From: Woeseiaceae bacterium
GTDB lineage: Bacteria > Pseudomonadota > Gammaproteobacteria > Steroidobacterales > Woeseiaceae
Length of the DNA: 64,000 nucleotides
Assembly (NCBI GenBank): GCA_041602775.1
Contig: JBFIFN010000002.1
Coordinates: 64,200 to 128,199, forward strand
Direction of reading: 5' to 3'
The notes under the pieces were generated by a model that saw only the letters and a list, made by a program, of their open reading frames with translations, was not told the DNA's origin and searched no databases. Of the stretch, positions 1 through 9,081 are shown piece by piece. The position numbers and the translations under genes are program-made. How positions within the stretch are numbered: the stretch's first letter is position 1; the number at the start of each line of letters is the position of its first letter.

Positions 1-377
1 TCGCATTACTCCTTATATTCTGGGCCATGCAGCTGCCTCGGACCTGGAGCGTCGGCACCGCCTGGGTCGTCGGCGTCGTGCTCGACGTGGCCTATGGCAC
101 CCTGCTCGGCCAGCATGCGCTCGCGCTGAGCGTGGTCGTGTTCGTCACGGTTCGCTTTCACCTGCTGATGCGCGTGTTCCCGCTATCACAGCTGACGGCG
201 ACGGTATTCGCCCTGCTGGCGCTCTACCAGTTCCTGCTGTTCTGGATCAACGGCGTCGCCGGCCAATCGGCACCACCGTCGAGCTACTGGGGACCGGTCA
301 TAACCGGCACCGTCCTGTGGCCTTTCATCTTTCTGTTCCTCTCCGGGGTTCGCTACCGCTCGCGGTCGGGGGCCTAG
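1..377 (+). CDS. mreD: Rod shape-determining protein MreD (3' part; start lies upstream of the window)
   Basis: Frame is open back to base 3. The hydrophobic multi-TM product (..LLIFWAMQLPRTWSVGTAWVVGVVLDVAYGTLLGQHAL..) resembles the MreD core. TAG at 375-377 lies 2 nt before the mrdA ATG. Confidence 0.8.
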   Translation, partial: ALLLIFWAMQLPRTWSVGTAWVVGVVLDVAYGTLLGQHALALSVVVFVTVRFHLLMRVFPLSQLTATVFALLALYQFLLFWINGVAGQSAPPSSYWGPVITGTVLWPFIFLFLSGVRYRSRSGA

Positions 378-379
378 GT

Positions 380-2278
380 ATGGCCGCGCTGCTCTCGCCG
401 ATCAAGGATGTACATTCGGAGCGCCGGCTGTTCCTGGCCCGGGTCATCCTCGCGTCGATTGTGTCGTTGCTGCTGCTCGGCCTCGTCGTGGCACGTCTCG
501 TCCAGCTGCAGGTCGTCGACCACGAACTGTTTGCCGAAAAGTCGCAGGGCAACCGCGTACGCATCGTGCCGGCACCGCCGATCCGCGGACTGATACTCGA
601 CCGCAAGGGCCGCGTCATCGCCGAAAACCTCCCCGCCTACCAGCTCGAGCTGATCCCGGAACAGGTAGGCGATCTCGACGATACCCTGAACCGGCTGGCC
701 GCAATCGAGCTGATCGATCCGGAGGATATTCCGCGCTACAAGGAGCTGAGCCGGAGCGGGCCCCGCTTCAAACCGGTGACGCTCAAGTTTCGCCTGAGCG
801 ACGAGGAGATCGCGAACTTCGCCATCCAGCGGCCGCGATTTCCCGGCGTCGACTTCCAGCCCCGCCTGGTGCGCCACTACCCGCACGGCCCCGAAGTCGC
901 GCACGCTGTCGGCTACGTCGGCGCGCTGAGTGCCGAGGACCTGCAACGGCTGGACGCCGCGAGCTACGCGGGCACTTCCCATACGGGCAAGACCGGTGTC
1001 GAAGCCCGCTACGAATACGCGCTGCACGGCGACCCCGGCTTCCGGCACGTGATCGCGAACGCGCGCGGACGCCAGATGCCGAGCGACACCAGCGACCTGC
1101 TCGACTCGCTGCCGACGGACCAGTCGCCAACCCCTGGCGCCAACGTCTACCTGAGCCTGGACCTCGACCTGCAGAAGCTCGCTTACCGCGCGTTCGACGG
1201 CCGCCGTGGCGCCCTCGTGGCGCTCGATCCGACCAGCGGCGAGATTCTCGCGCTCGTCAGCGCACCGTCGTTCGACCCCAACCTGTTCGCGGTGGGCATG
1301 ACGACGTCGCAGTTCCGTGAGTTGCAGGAAAATCCCGACAGGCCGCTGTTCAACCGGGCCGTCGGCGGCGCTTACCCGCCCGGCTCCACAATCAAGCCGA
1401 TGCTCGCGCTGGCCGCACTGGAGAGCGGGGCAACCAACAGGGCGCGTACCAGCTTCTGCCGCGGCTACTTCCAGCTGCCGGGCGACGAGCACCGCTACCG
1501 CGACTGGAAGCCCGAGGGGCACGGCCCCGTTGACCTGCACGAGGCGATTTCGCAATCCTGCGACGTCTACTTCTACGAAGTCAGTGTCGATCTCGGCATC
1601 GATGCCATACACGATTACCTGACCCGTTTCGGCATGGGGGACCGCACGGGTATCGATATCGGTGGCGAACACCGCGGCCTTGTGCCGTCGCGCGAGTGGA
1701 AGCGCACGTCTTTCCGCAACCGTGACGACCAGCGCTGGTACCACGGCGAGACCGTCATCGCGTCCATCGGCCAGGGCTACATGCTCGCAACACCGATGCA
1801 GCTGGCGGCTGCCGCCGGCGCGCTGGCGACGCGCGGCGAGCGCTACCGACCGTACCTCGTGGCGGCAGTCGAGGATGCGTTGACAGGCGAGCGCGAGCTG
1901 ATGCGCCCTGAACGCCTTCCCAACGCCGACATCGACAATACCTATCACTGGGATGAGGTCATCGGAGCAATGCACGACGTTCTGCAGGGTCCGCGCGGCA
2001 CGGCGCGTGCCGTAGGCGTGGGCGCGCCTTACCAGATGGCCGGCAAGAGCGGCACGGCGCAGGTGGTCTCGATCGCGCAGGACGAGGAGTACGACGATGC
2101 GGAACTCGAGGAGCGGCAACGAGACCATGCACTGTTTATTGCTTTCGCGCCGCTCGAGCAACCGCGCATTGCGGTAGCACTGATCGTCGAGAATGGCGAA
2201 AGCGGCAGCTCGGTGGCAGCGCCTATCGCAAAAGCCGTCATGGACCACTACCTGGGATACGACGACGATGCGCCTTAG
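380..2278 (+). CDS. mrdA: Penicillin-binding protein 2 (elongasome transpeptidase)
   Basis: ORF 317..2278, with the ATG at 380 preferred because a TM anchor follows. Motifs GSTIKP (SxxK) and KSGTA (KTG-type). Conserved mrdA-rodA pairing. Confidence 0.93.
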   Translation: MAALLSPIKDVHSERRLFLARVILASIVSLLLLGLVVARLVQLQVVDHELFAEKSQGNRVRIVPAPPIRGLILDRKGRVIAENLPAYQLELIPEQVGDLDDTLNRLAAIELIDPEDIPRYKELSRSGPRFKPVTLKFRLSDEEIANFAIQRPRFPGVDFQPRLVRHYPHGPEVAHAVGYVGALSAEDLQRLDAASYAGTSHTGKTGVEARYEYALHGDPGFRHVIANARGRQMPSDTSDLLDSLPTDQSPTPGANVYLSLDLDLQKLAYRAFDGRRGALVALDPTSGEILALVSAPSFDPNLFAVGMTTSQFRELQENPDRPLFNRAVGGAYPPGSTIKPMLALAALESGATNRARTSFCRGYFQLPGDEHRYRDWKPEGHGPVDLHEAISQSCDVYFYEVSVDLGIDAIHDYLTRFGMGDRTGIDIGGEHRGLVPSREWKRTSFRNRDDQRWYHGETVIASIGQGYMLATPMQLAAAAGALATRGERYRPYLVAAVEDALTGERELMRPERLPNADIDNTYHWDEVIGAMHDVLQGPRGTARAVGVGAPYQMAGKSGTAQVVSIAQDEEYDDAELEERQRDHALFIAFAPLEQPRIAVALIVENGESGSSVAAPIAKAVMDHYLGYDDDAP

Positions 2279-3407
2279 TGATACGCAGCGCCTGCTGACA
2301 CCGAAAGCGGCACCGCTGTCCAATTTTGCGTTGCTGATGCGCCGCCTGCATCTCGACGGTCCGCTGCTCGTCGGCCTCCTGCTCATCTGCTCGTTCGGAC
2401 TCTTCGTGCTGTATAGCGCTGTCGGCGAGAGTTCTCGCCTGCTCCTGAACCAGGTTATCCGGCTCGGCGTCGCGTTCGTCGCCATGTTCGTCGTGGCGCA
2501 ACTTCCCCCCGAGTTCCTGCGGCGCTGGACGCCTTGGGGCTATCTTGCCGGCCTCGTCCTGCTGGTTCTCGTGCTGGCGACCGGTGAAGTCGGCCAGGGC
2601 GCGAGGCGCTGGCTCGACATCGGCGTTCGATTCCAGCCGTCCGAGGCATTGAAACTCGGCGTACCGATGATGGCCGCCTGGTTCCTGCACGATCGGCCGA
2701 TTCCGCCCAAGGTCTCGCACATCGCTATCATCGCCATCATGATCGTCGTCCCGACGATCCTGATCGCCAAGCAACCCGACCTCGGCACGGCCTTGCTGAT
2801 CGCCGCGTCGGGCGTTATCGTCATCATTCTCGCGGGCATGTCGTTCCGCCTTATCGTCGGTCTCGGGCTCGCAGCCATACCCGGTGCGATGCTGTTGTGG
2901 CGCTTCATGCAGGACTACCAGAAACAGCGCGTCCTGACCCTGCTCGATCCCGACAGCGATCCGCTCGGCGCCGGCTACAACATCATCCAGTCCAAGATCG
3001 CGATCGGCTCGGGCGGCTTGTTCGGCAAAGGCTGGACCAATGGATCGCAGGCGCAACTCGAATTCCTGCCGGAGCGCGACACGGATTTCATCTTCGCCGT
3101 TCTCGGCGAGGAATTCGGCCTGCTCGGCGTGCTGGCACTGCTCGCCTTTTACGTGTTCGTTATCGGGCGAGGGCTTTATATTGCCGTCCAGGCGCAGGAC
3201 ACCTACTCGCGCCTGCTGGCAGGATCCATCAGCCTGACGTTCATGGTGTACGTGTTCGTGAACACGGCCATGGTGACCGGCCTGATCCCCGTCGTCGGCG
3301 TACCCCTGCCGCTGGTTTCGTTCGGCGGCACCTCGATGGTGACGCTCATGGCAGGTTTCGGTATTCTGATGTCCATCCACTCGAACCGGAAACTCTTGCC
3401 GCACTGA
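2268..3407 (+). CDS. rodA: SEDS-family peptidoglycan glycosyltransferase RodA
   Basis: ORF 2193..3407, with the internal ATG at 2268 overlapping the mrdA stop. Polytopic membrane protein with SEDS-like C-terminus (..PLPLVSFGGTSM..). Confidence 0.93.
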   Translation: MRLSDTQRLLTPKAAPLSNFALLMRRLHLDGPLLVGLLLICSFGLFVLYSAVGESSRLLLNQVIRLGVAFVAMFVVAQLPPEFLRRWTPWGYLAGLVLLVLVLATGEVGQGARRWLDIGVRFQPSEALKLGVPMMAAWFLHDRPIPPKVSHIAIIAIMIVVPTILIAKQPDLGTALLIAASGVIVIILAGMSFRLIVGLGLAAIPGAMLLWRFMQDYQKQRVLTLLDPDSDPLGAGYNIIQSKIAIGSGGLFGKGWTNGSQAQLEFLPERDTDFIFAVLGEEFGLLGVLALLAFYVFVIGRGLYIAVQAQDTYSRLLAGSISLTFMVYVFVNTAMVTGLIPVVGVPLPLVSFGGTSMVTLMAGFGILMSIHSNRKLLPH

Positions 3408-4417
3408 TGAAACACCGCCTTCTTGCAGTCGCGGCAATCTTCGCCGTTTCCGTTTCCTGCTCGCAAGCCGACGACGCCGTTTATCTCGACGTCGGCCGAC
3501 CGGATGTCGTTGCATTCATCGACGAAATGGTGGCGCAGCATGATTTCGATCGCGATGCCCTGACGGCGACGCTCTCCGAAGCCCGGACGAAGCGCTCGAT
3601 CATCAGGAAGATCTCCACGCCGGCCGAACGCGAACTGACCTGGGCGGAATACCGCAGGATCTTCATTACCCCGGAACGTATTGCCGCGGGCACGAGTTTC
3701 TGGCGCGAGAATAATGCGATGCTCGAGCGCATCCGGCGCGAAACAGGCGTATCCGTCGAGATGATCGTGGGCATCATCGGCGTAGAAACCTATTACGGCC
3801 GCATTACGGGCAGGGACCGCGTCATCGACGCACTCGTGACACTCGCTTTCGACTACCCGAGGCGCGCGACGTTTTTTCGCAAGGAACTCGTTGAATTCCT
3901 GATTCTCACTCGCGAGGAAGAACTCGACCCGATGCAGCCGCTCGGATCCTACGCGGGCGCCATGGGGCGGCCGCAGTTCATGCCGTCGAGTTTTCGCGCT
4001 TACGCCGTTGACGCAACGGGTGACGGGAAGCGCGACATCTGGAACGACTGGGCCGACGTTGCCGGCAGCGTCGCGAACTACTTTGTCGAGCACGGCTGGC
4101 GGCCCGACGAGGAAGTCGTCGCCCGGGCGACGCTGGGGCACGGCTGGGCAGGACCGAAACCCGAACCGGAAAACACGTTGACCGCGAGTGAAACGGTCGG
4201 CTCTCTGAGCGCAAGTGGCGTGATGTTCGCCACCGACCTGCCCGCGGACAGCAAGGGCGAATTGCTGGCCCTGGACGGTGACGATGGGCGCGAGCACTGG
4301 GTCGGCTTTCACAATTTCTTTGTCATCACGAAATACAATCGCAGCGTGATGTACGCGCTCGCGGCGCACCAGCTCGGCCAGGCCATCGCCGGCAAGGTAG
4401 CTGAGAGTGAGGGCTAG
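3407..4417 (+). CDS. mltB: Lytic murein transglycosylase B family (SltB/MltB)
   Basis: The ATG at 3407 overlaps the rodA TGA (TGATG). Signal peptide MKHRLLAVAAIFAVSVSCSQA. Motif GIIGVETYYGR (catalytic Glu region of the SLT_2 family). The long 2897 start is an out-of-context extension across rodA. Confidence 0.9.
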   Translation: MKHRLLAVAAIFAVSVSCSQADDAVYLDVGRPDVVAFIDEMVAQHDFDRDALTATLSEARTKRSIIRKISTPAERELTWAEYRRIFITPERIAAGTSFWRENNAMLERIRRETGVSVEMIVGIIGVETYYGRITGRDRVIDALVTLAFDYPRRATFFRKELVEFLILTREEELDPMQPLGSYAGAMGRPQFMPSSFRAYAVDATGDGKRDIWNDWADVAGSVANYFVEHGWRPDEEVVARATLGHGWAGPKPEPENTLTASETVGSLSASGVMFATDLPADSKGELLALDGDDGREHWVGFHNFFVITKYNRSVMYALAAHQLGQAIAGKVAESEG

Positions 4418-5234
4418 GCTCGCACTCCTCGTCGTCTGTCTCCTGGCACTGGCCGCCTGCGGGGGCAGCAGGACGCGTGGCGACGGTGCCCCGTCGGGCG
4501 GGGCGCGAATCGCTGACCTTCCCGGGGACGCGGTGCCGCGCCGCGAACCGCGCAGCAAGTACGGCAACGGGCCCGTCTACGAGGTGCTGGGCCGGCGCTA
4601 CACGGTCATGCCATCGAGTACGGGATTCCAGGAGCGCGGCGTCGCGTCCTGGTACGGAACGAAATTCCACGGCAACCTGACCTCGAACCGCGAGGTCTAT
4701 GACATGTACAAGATGACGGCCGCACACAAGACCCTGCCGCTGCCGACCTACGTGCGCGTTCGCAACCTGCGCAATGACAAGTCGGTGATCGTGCGCGTCA
4801 ACGACCGCGGCCCCTTCGTTCACAATCGCATCATCGATCTCTCTTACGCCGCTGCGCTGAAGCTGGACATGGTTACGGACGGTACGAGCCTGGTCGAAGT
4901 AACAGCGATCAACTTCGAGGAGCCGGTACGGGACCTCCCGGTGCGCAATACCACGCCGACCGCCCCGGGCGATGGCGCGGGGAGCGGCCCGGCGCATCCT
5001 CACGTTATCTTCGTGCAGGTCGGCGCGTTCAGTGACCGCGCCAACGCCGAACGGCGCCTCGGCGCCCTGTCGCTTGCGGGCATCGAGGGCGCCTTCATCC
5101 ATGAGGAGCCCGAACCCGGTCGCACGCTGTACCGCGTCCGAATCGGTCCTGTCGCGGACGTCGTACAGTACGACGTGCTCGTCGAGGAACTCGAGAACAT
5201 CGGGATCACCGATCCTTACCTTATAACCGACTAG
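4407..5234 (+). CDS. rlpA: Septal ring lytic transglycosylase RlpA (DPBB + SPOR domains), lipoprotein
   Basis: Lipobox LLALAAC. DPBB core ASWYGTKFHGNLTSNREVYDM..VRVNDRGPF. C-terminal SPOR-like FVQVGAFSDRANAE..YRVRIGP. Confidence 0.92.
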   Translation: MRARLALLVVCLLALAACGGSRTRGDGAPSGGARIADLPGDAVPRREPRSKYGNGPVYEVLGRRYTVMPSSTGFQERGVASWYGTKFHGNLTSNREVYDMYKMTAAHKTLPLPTYVRVRNLRNDKSVIVRVNDRGPFVHNRIIDLSYAAALKLDMVTDGTSLVEVTAINFEEPVRDLPVRNTTPTAPGDGAGSGPAHPHVIFVQVGAFSDRANAERRLGALSLAGIEGAFIHEEPEPGRTLYRVRIGPVADVVQYDVLVEELENIGITDPYLITD

Positions 5235-5282
5235 CCGCGTACAATACGCGCCCTGAAAATCCCGACTTTGCCCAGAGGTCTC

Positions 5283-6422
5283 ATGTCCAAACGTTTGTCC
5301 TGCGTCCTGTTTGTCCTGTTTTTTGTCGTTGCCACAAGCACTTATGCACAGATGCCGGCACCCGCCCCGCCGCTGATCGGTGCCCAGAGCTATCTCGTCA
5401 TCGACGCGACCACCGGGCACGAAATCGCGGCGCAGGACCCCGACGCGCCGCTGGCACCCGCCAGCCTGACCAAGATCATGACGACCTATGTCGTCTTCAA
5501 GGCCCTGCAGCAGGGACAGCTGTCGCTCGATGAAATGGTGACCATCAGCGAGAAAGCCTGGCGCACGCCCGGCTCCCGCATGTTCGTCGAGGTCAACAAG
5601 CAGGTCTCCGTGAAGGACCTGCTCCTCGGCCTGATCGTGCAGTCGGGTAACGATGCCGGCGTCGCCCTCGCCGAGCACATCGCGGGCACCGAGGACGTCT
5701 TCGCGCAAATGATGACACAGCATGCGCGGCAGCTCGGTATGCATGCCAGCAGTTTCATGAATGCAACGGGCCTGCCCGCCGAAGGCCATGAAACCACGGC
5801 ACGTGATCTCGCGATTCTCGCACGCGCCATGATCGCCGAGTTTCCCGAGTACTACGCATGGCACGCGGTCAAGGAATACACGTTCAACGACATTCGCCAG
5901 ACGAACCGCAACACGCTGCTGTGGCGCGACGCGTCAGTCGACGGCATCAAGACCGGCCATACCGAAGATGCGGGTTACTGCCTCGTCGCATCGGCCGAAC
6001 GCAACGGTATGCGCATCATCTCCGTCGTCCTCGGAACATCCAGCGAAAAGGCGCGCGCCGACGGCAGCCAGGCTCTGCTGAACTACGGCTTCCGCTTCTT
6101 TGAAACCCGCCTGCTGTTCAAGGCGGGCGAAGAAGTGACCAGCGCGCGCGTCTGGAAATCCCTCAACGAAACGTCCCGGCTCGGTGTCCTCGAGGACCTG
6201 TACATCACGGTGCGTCGCGGCGCCTACGACAAGCTGGAGTCCTCGGTCGATTTACCGGCCATCGTCGAGGCCCCTGTCGCGGCCGGCCAGCCGCTGGCCG
6301 AACTTCGTATCAGCCTGGATGGCGATGAGATCCTGCGCTCGTCGCTGCGCGCGCTCGACGACAACCCGTCAGGCTCATTGTGGCAGCGCACCCGCGACAG
6401 CATCAGCATGATGTTCGAATAA
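5283..6422 (+). CDS. dacA: D-alanyl-D-alanine carboxypeptidase (PBP5/6 class)
   Basis: ATG at 5283 with AGAGG upstream. Signal peptide. Motifs SLTK (SxxK), SGND (SxN), KTGHT (KTG). rlpA-dacA-ybeD-lipB synteny as in E. coli. Confidence 0.93.
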   Translation: MSKRLSCVLFVLFFVVATSTYAQMPAPAPPLIGAQSYLVIDATTGHEIAAQDPDAPLAPASLTKIMTTYVVFKALQQGQLSLDEMVTISEKAWRTPGSRMFVEVNKQVSVKDLLLGLIVQSGNDAGVALAEHIAGTEDVFAQMMTQHARQLGMHASSFMNATGLPAEGHETTARDLAILARAMIAEFPEYYAWHAVKEYTFNDIRQTNRNTLLWRDASVDGIKTGHTEDAGYCLVASAERNGMRIISVVLGTSSEKARADGSQALLNYGFRFFETRLLFKAGEEVTSARVWKSLNETSRLGVLEDLYITVRRGAYDKLESSVDLPAIVEAPVAAGQPLAELRISLDGDEILRSSLRALDDNPSGSLWQRTRDSISMMFE

Positions 6423-6424
6423 AC

Positions 6425-6688
6425 ATGAGCGACGAATCTGCCATACAGTTTCCCTGTTCGTTCCCGATCAAGATGATGGGGCGCGACACCGCGGAGTTCC
6501 GCGCAACGGCGCGCGCACTCGTCGAGAGACATGCCGGGGTCGTCGCCGACGAAGCCGTAAAGACCGCACTCAGCCGCAAAGGCAACTTCGTGTCGGTCAC
6601 TGTGACGATCATCGCGACCAGCCAGGACCAGCTCGACAGAATCTACCGCGACGCCACGGATCACGATGACGTCCTGATGGCGTTATGA
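6425..6688 (+). CDS. ybeD: YbeD/DUF493 family small protein
   Basis: 87-aa product [21 protein letters not shown].. is typical of the family. Positioned between dacA and lipB. Confidence 0.88.
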   Translation: MSDESAIQFPCSFPIKMMGRDTAEFRATARALVERHAGVVADEAVKTALSRKGNFVSVTVTIIATSQDQLDRIYRDATDHDDVLMAL

Positions 6689-7293
6689 AGTCGCGCTGGC
6701 TCGGACGGCAGGATTACGTGCCCTGCTGGAGAGACATGCAGGCTTTTACGGACGGGCGCAACGACGCCACGGCCGATGAAGTCTGGTACTGCGAGCATCC
6801 GCCTGTATTTACGCTGGGGCTCAATGCCGCGAAAGAGCACCTCCTCGAACCCGGAGACATCGACGTCGTGCAGATCGACCGCGGCGGACAGGTGACCTAC
6901 CACGGTCCGGGCATCCTTATGGTGTATCCCCTCATCGATATCCGCCGCGCGAATATCGGCGTGCGACGCCTGGTCACTGCGCTGGAACAATCCGTCGTGG
7001 ACCTTGTCGCGGAACACGGCGTCGACGCGGCGGCAAAACCCGAAGCCCCGGGCGTTTACGTTGACGGCGCCAAGCTTGCCAGCGTTGGCCTGCGCATTCG
7101 CCGCGGCGCGAGTTTCCATGGCATGGCCCTGAACGTGGACGCCGATCTGGAACCCTTCTCGCGCATCAATCCCTGCGGGTACCAGGGACTGGAAATGACC
7201 GACCTGAGGCGTCTCGGCGTCGAGCTTTCGCTCGAAGACGCGGCCACGCGACTGCAGCCTCTCTTCCTGGAACGCCTCGAACTGCGCGATTAG
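6685..7293 (+). CDS. lipB: Octanoyltransferase (lipoyl(octanoyl) transferase)
   Basis: ATGA overlap with ybeD. Motifs [22 protein letters not shown] and NPCGY. Confidence 0.93.
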   Translation: MKSRWLGRQDYVPCWRDMQAFTDGRNDATADEVWYCEHPPVFTLGLNAAKEHLLEPGDIDVVQIDRGGQVTYHGPGILMVYPLIDIRRANIGVRRLVTALEQSVVDLVAEHGVDAAAKPEAPGVYVDGAKLASVGLRIRRGASFHGMALNVDADLEPFSRINPCGYQGLEMTDLRRLGVELSLEDAATRLQPLFLERLELRD

Positions 7294-7300
7294 GCGCGTT

Positions 7301-7963
7301 TCACCCGGATAGCTCGTCACGCAGCTGCGCCAGGCGCTCCGGCGTTCCGACGTCGGCCCACCGGCCCTCGTACAGGGAACCGGACAGCTGCCCCCGATCC
7401 GCGGCGTCGCGCAGCATCGGCGCCAGGGGAAAACGCCCTGCCTCGCAGTCCGCAAAGAACTCGGGCCTGTAGATTGCGACGCCGCTGAATGTGAGGGCTT
7501 GCTCGCTCGTATTGCGAATCAAACCGTCGGCGATGTCGAAGTCGCCGCCGGTCCTGTATTCCGGCGAGGGCACCATGACGAGGTGCCCGAGGTGTTCATC
7601 GGCGAGCGCTATATCGGGCACCGGCATGTCCGTAAATATGTCGGCATTGATCACCACGAACGGCCGGTCGCCCAGCGTCGGCAGCGCCTTGAAGATTCCG
7701 CCGCCCGTTTCGAGGACGTTGTCGCCTTCCTGGCTGTAGACGACTTCGAGCCCGTACCGGCGACCCGAGCCGACGCGCTCGACTATCCTGTCGCCGAGCC
7801 ATCCCAGGTTGATGACGACCGTCCTGATACCGGCTGCTCGGACGTGGTCGAGGTGACGCTCGAGAAGGCTGCGCCCACCCACGTCGACGAGCGACTTCGG
7901 CGTCGCGTCGGTCAACGGTCGCAGGCGCTCGCCGCGACCGGCGGCCAGGATCATCGCCCTCAT
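7301..7963 (-). CDS. murU: N-acetylmuramate alpha-1-phosphate uridylyltransferase-type nucleotidyltransferase
   Basis: N-terminal ILAAGRGERLRPLTDATPK sugar-nucleotidyltransferase signature. Lies downstream of and overlapping amgK, the pairing seen next to lptD in pseudomonads. Confidence 0.8.
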   Translation of the reverse strand: MRAMILAAGRGERLRPLTDATPKSLVDVGGRSLLERHLDHVRAAGIRTVVINLGWLGDRIVERVGSGRRYGLEVVYSQEGDNVLETGGGIFKALPTLGDRPFVVINADIFTDMPVPDIALADEHLGHLVMVPSPEYRTGGDFDIADGLIRNTSEQALTFSGVAIYRPEFFADCEAGRFPLAPMLRDAADRGQLSGSLYEGRWADVGTPERLAQLRDELSG

Positions 7964-9006
7964 GCCGTCATTCCCGGAAGCACGCGCCTCTCGATCAGCG
8001 TGACGAGTTGCGCAAGTTCCGGGTATCGCGGCGCGACGTCGACGATGTATGACAGCGTGCGTGGCACATCGCCGAGATAAACGGACTTGCCGTCGCGATG
8101 GTTGAGCCTTGCGAATATGCCGGCAGCTTTGAGCTGACGCTGTACGCCCATCAAGTCGAAGTAGCGACGGAATTGCGCTTCGTCGACACTTCCGCGAAGC
8201 CCCGCATCGAGGCCGTTATAGAAGTCGAGCGCCCACTGCCACACTTGCGCAGCAGGCCACTTGATATAGCAGTCCTTGAGCAAGGACACGATATCGTAAG
8301 TGAGCGGGCCTTCGACCGCGTCCTGGAAATCGAGAATGCCGGGATTGTCGTTCTCGGTCAGCATGAGGTTGCGCGAGTGATAGTCACGATGCACAAAGAC
8401 CTGCGGCTGGTCCAGCGCGTTTGTCACGAGGAGATTGCAGAGCTGTTGCCAGTACGCTTCGTCGTCATCCCCAAACTCGATGCCGAGATGTTTGCCGCAC
8501 AACCAGTCATGGAACAGCGACAGCTCGAAGTGCAACAACTTCTCGTCGTATGGCGGCAGGTGATTCTGGAATGCCGTGCCGCTGCGCTGCATGCGCAGCA
8601 GGGCGCGGATCGCGTCGTCGTACAGTCGGGAAGCCGCAGCCGGATCCTCCTGCAGTGCGTCGAGGTACGGTCGCGAGCCGAGATCGCTGAGCAACAGGAA
8701 CCCGTCGTCGAGGTTGATTTCGAGAACACGCGGTGCATTCAGTTGCATCGACTCGAGATAGCCCGCAACCCGCAGGAACGGCAGGCAATCCTCGTTCTCG
8801 GGCGGTGCGTCCATCACAATGAAACTGCGCGCACTTTTCGCCATTCGAAAATAGCGCCGGAAGCTCGCGTCGCTGGATGCCGGCACCGGCTCGCTACCCG
8901 CGACGGCGTCGATATCGTCGGCCCATACCCTGAGGGCCGCGAGCCGGGCGTCGGCAGGATTGGGGGAACTGTCGATGGCGGGCCTCCGTCGCGCGCTATC
9001 CGCCAC
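7960..9006 (-). CDS. amgK: Anomeric MurNAc/GlcNAc kinase (aminoglycoside-phosphotransferase fold)
   Basis: APH-type motifs VHRDYHSRNLM and ILDFQDA. Divergent from lptD and overlaps murU by 4 nt. Confidence 0.8.
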   Translation of the reverse strand: MADSARRRPAIDSSPNPADARLAALRVWADDIDAVAGSEPVPASSDASFRRYFRMAKSARSFIVMDAPPENEDCLPFLRVAGYLESMQLNAPRVLEINLDDGFLLLSDLGSRPYLDALQEDPAAASRLYDDAIRALLRMQRSGTAFQNHLPPYDEKLLHFELSLFHDWLCGKHLGIEFGDDDEAYWQQLCNLLVTNALDQPQVFVHRDYHSRNLMLTENDNPGILDFQDAVEGPLTYDIVSLLKDCYIKWPAAQVWQWALDFYNGLDAGLRGSVDEAQFRRYFDLMGVQRQLKAAGIFARLNHRDGKSVYLGDVPRTLSYIVDVAPRYPELAQLVTLIERRVLPGMTA

Positions 9007-9081
9007 GCGAAGGTATCAAATACCAAACGCTGATAACATCCCGCACAATACGGCGAAACCATCAACGAACCGATCCCTGCC

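Noticed and set aside
374-2485. 703-aa minus-strand ORF antisense to mrdA. Similar very long antisense or shadow ORFs: 2238..3515(-), 3203..4567(-), 4326..5864(-), 9784..10926(-), 20726..22174(-), 25412..26476(+), 26877..28988(+), 33641..36823(+), 41674..43197(+), 41990..43384(-), 46868..48247(-), 53256..54308(-), 57657..58784(+).
   Set aside because: These are typical high-GC shadow frames. The products are Arg/Ala/Gly/Pro-rich, low-complexity and without recognisable motifs. The opposite strand in every case encodes a protein with clear family signatures and sensible start/stop junctions.
2897-4417. Long N-terminal extensions offered by the ORF track for mltB. The same applies to 15165 (nbaC), 14067 (apaG), 30452..31807 (gcvT), 36931..38352 (ATP-grasp), 43397 (ZapB-like), 54106 (receiver), 57585..58502 (DUF481), 60551..61468 (djlA), 61290 (purC), 20663 (DUF255) and 19930..20781 (lgt).
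   Set aside because: The extensions overlap the upstream gene or a riboswitch, are Arg/Pro-rich nonsense, and precede an internal start that yields the canonical N-terminus or signal peptide. In several cases that internal start has an SD-like sequence or an overlapping stop/start.
7293-7301. Expected lipA immediately after lipB (as in pseudomonads).
   Set aside because: Not present. lipB is followed 7 nt later by the stop of convergent murU. The absence is real for this window but uninformative without the rest of the genome.
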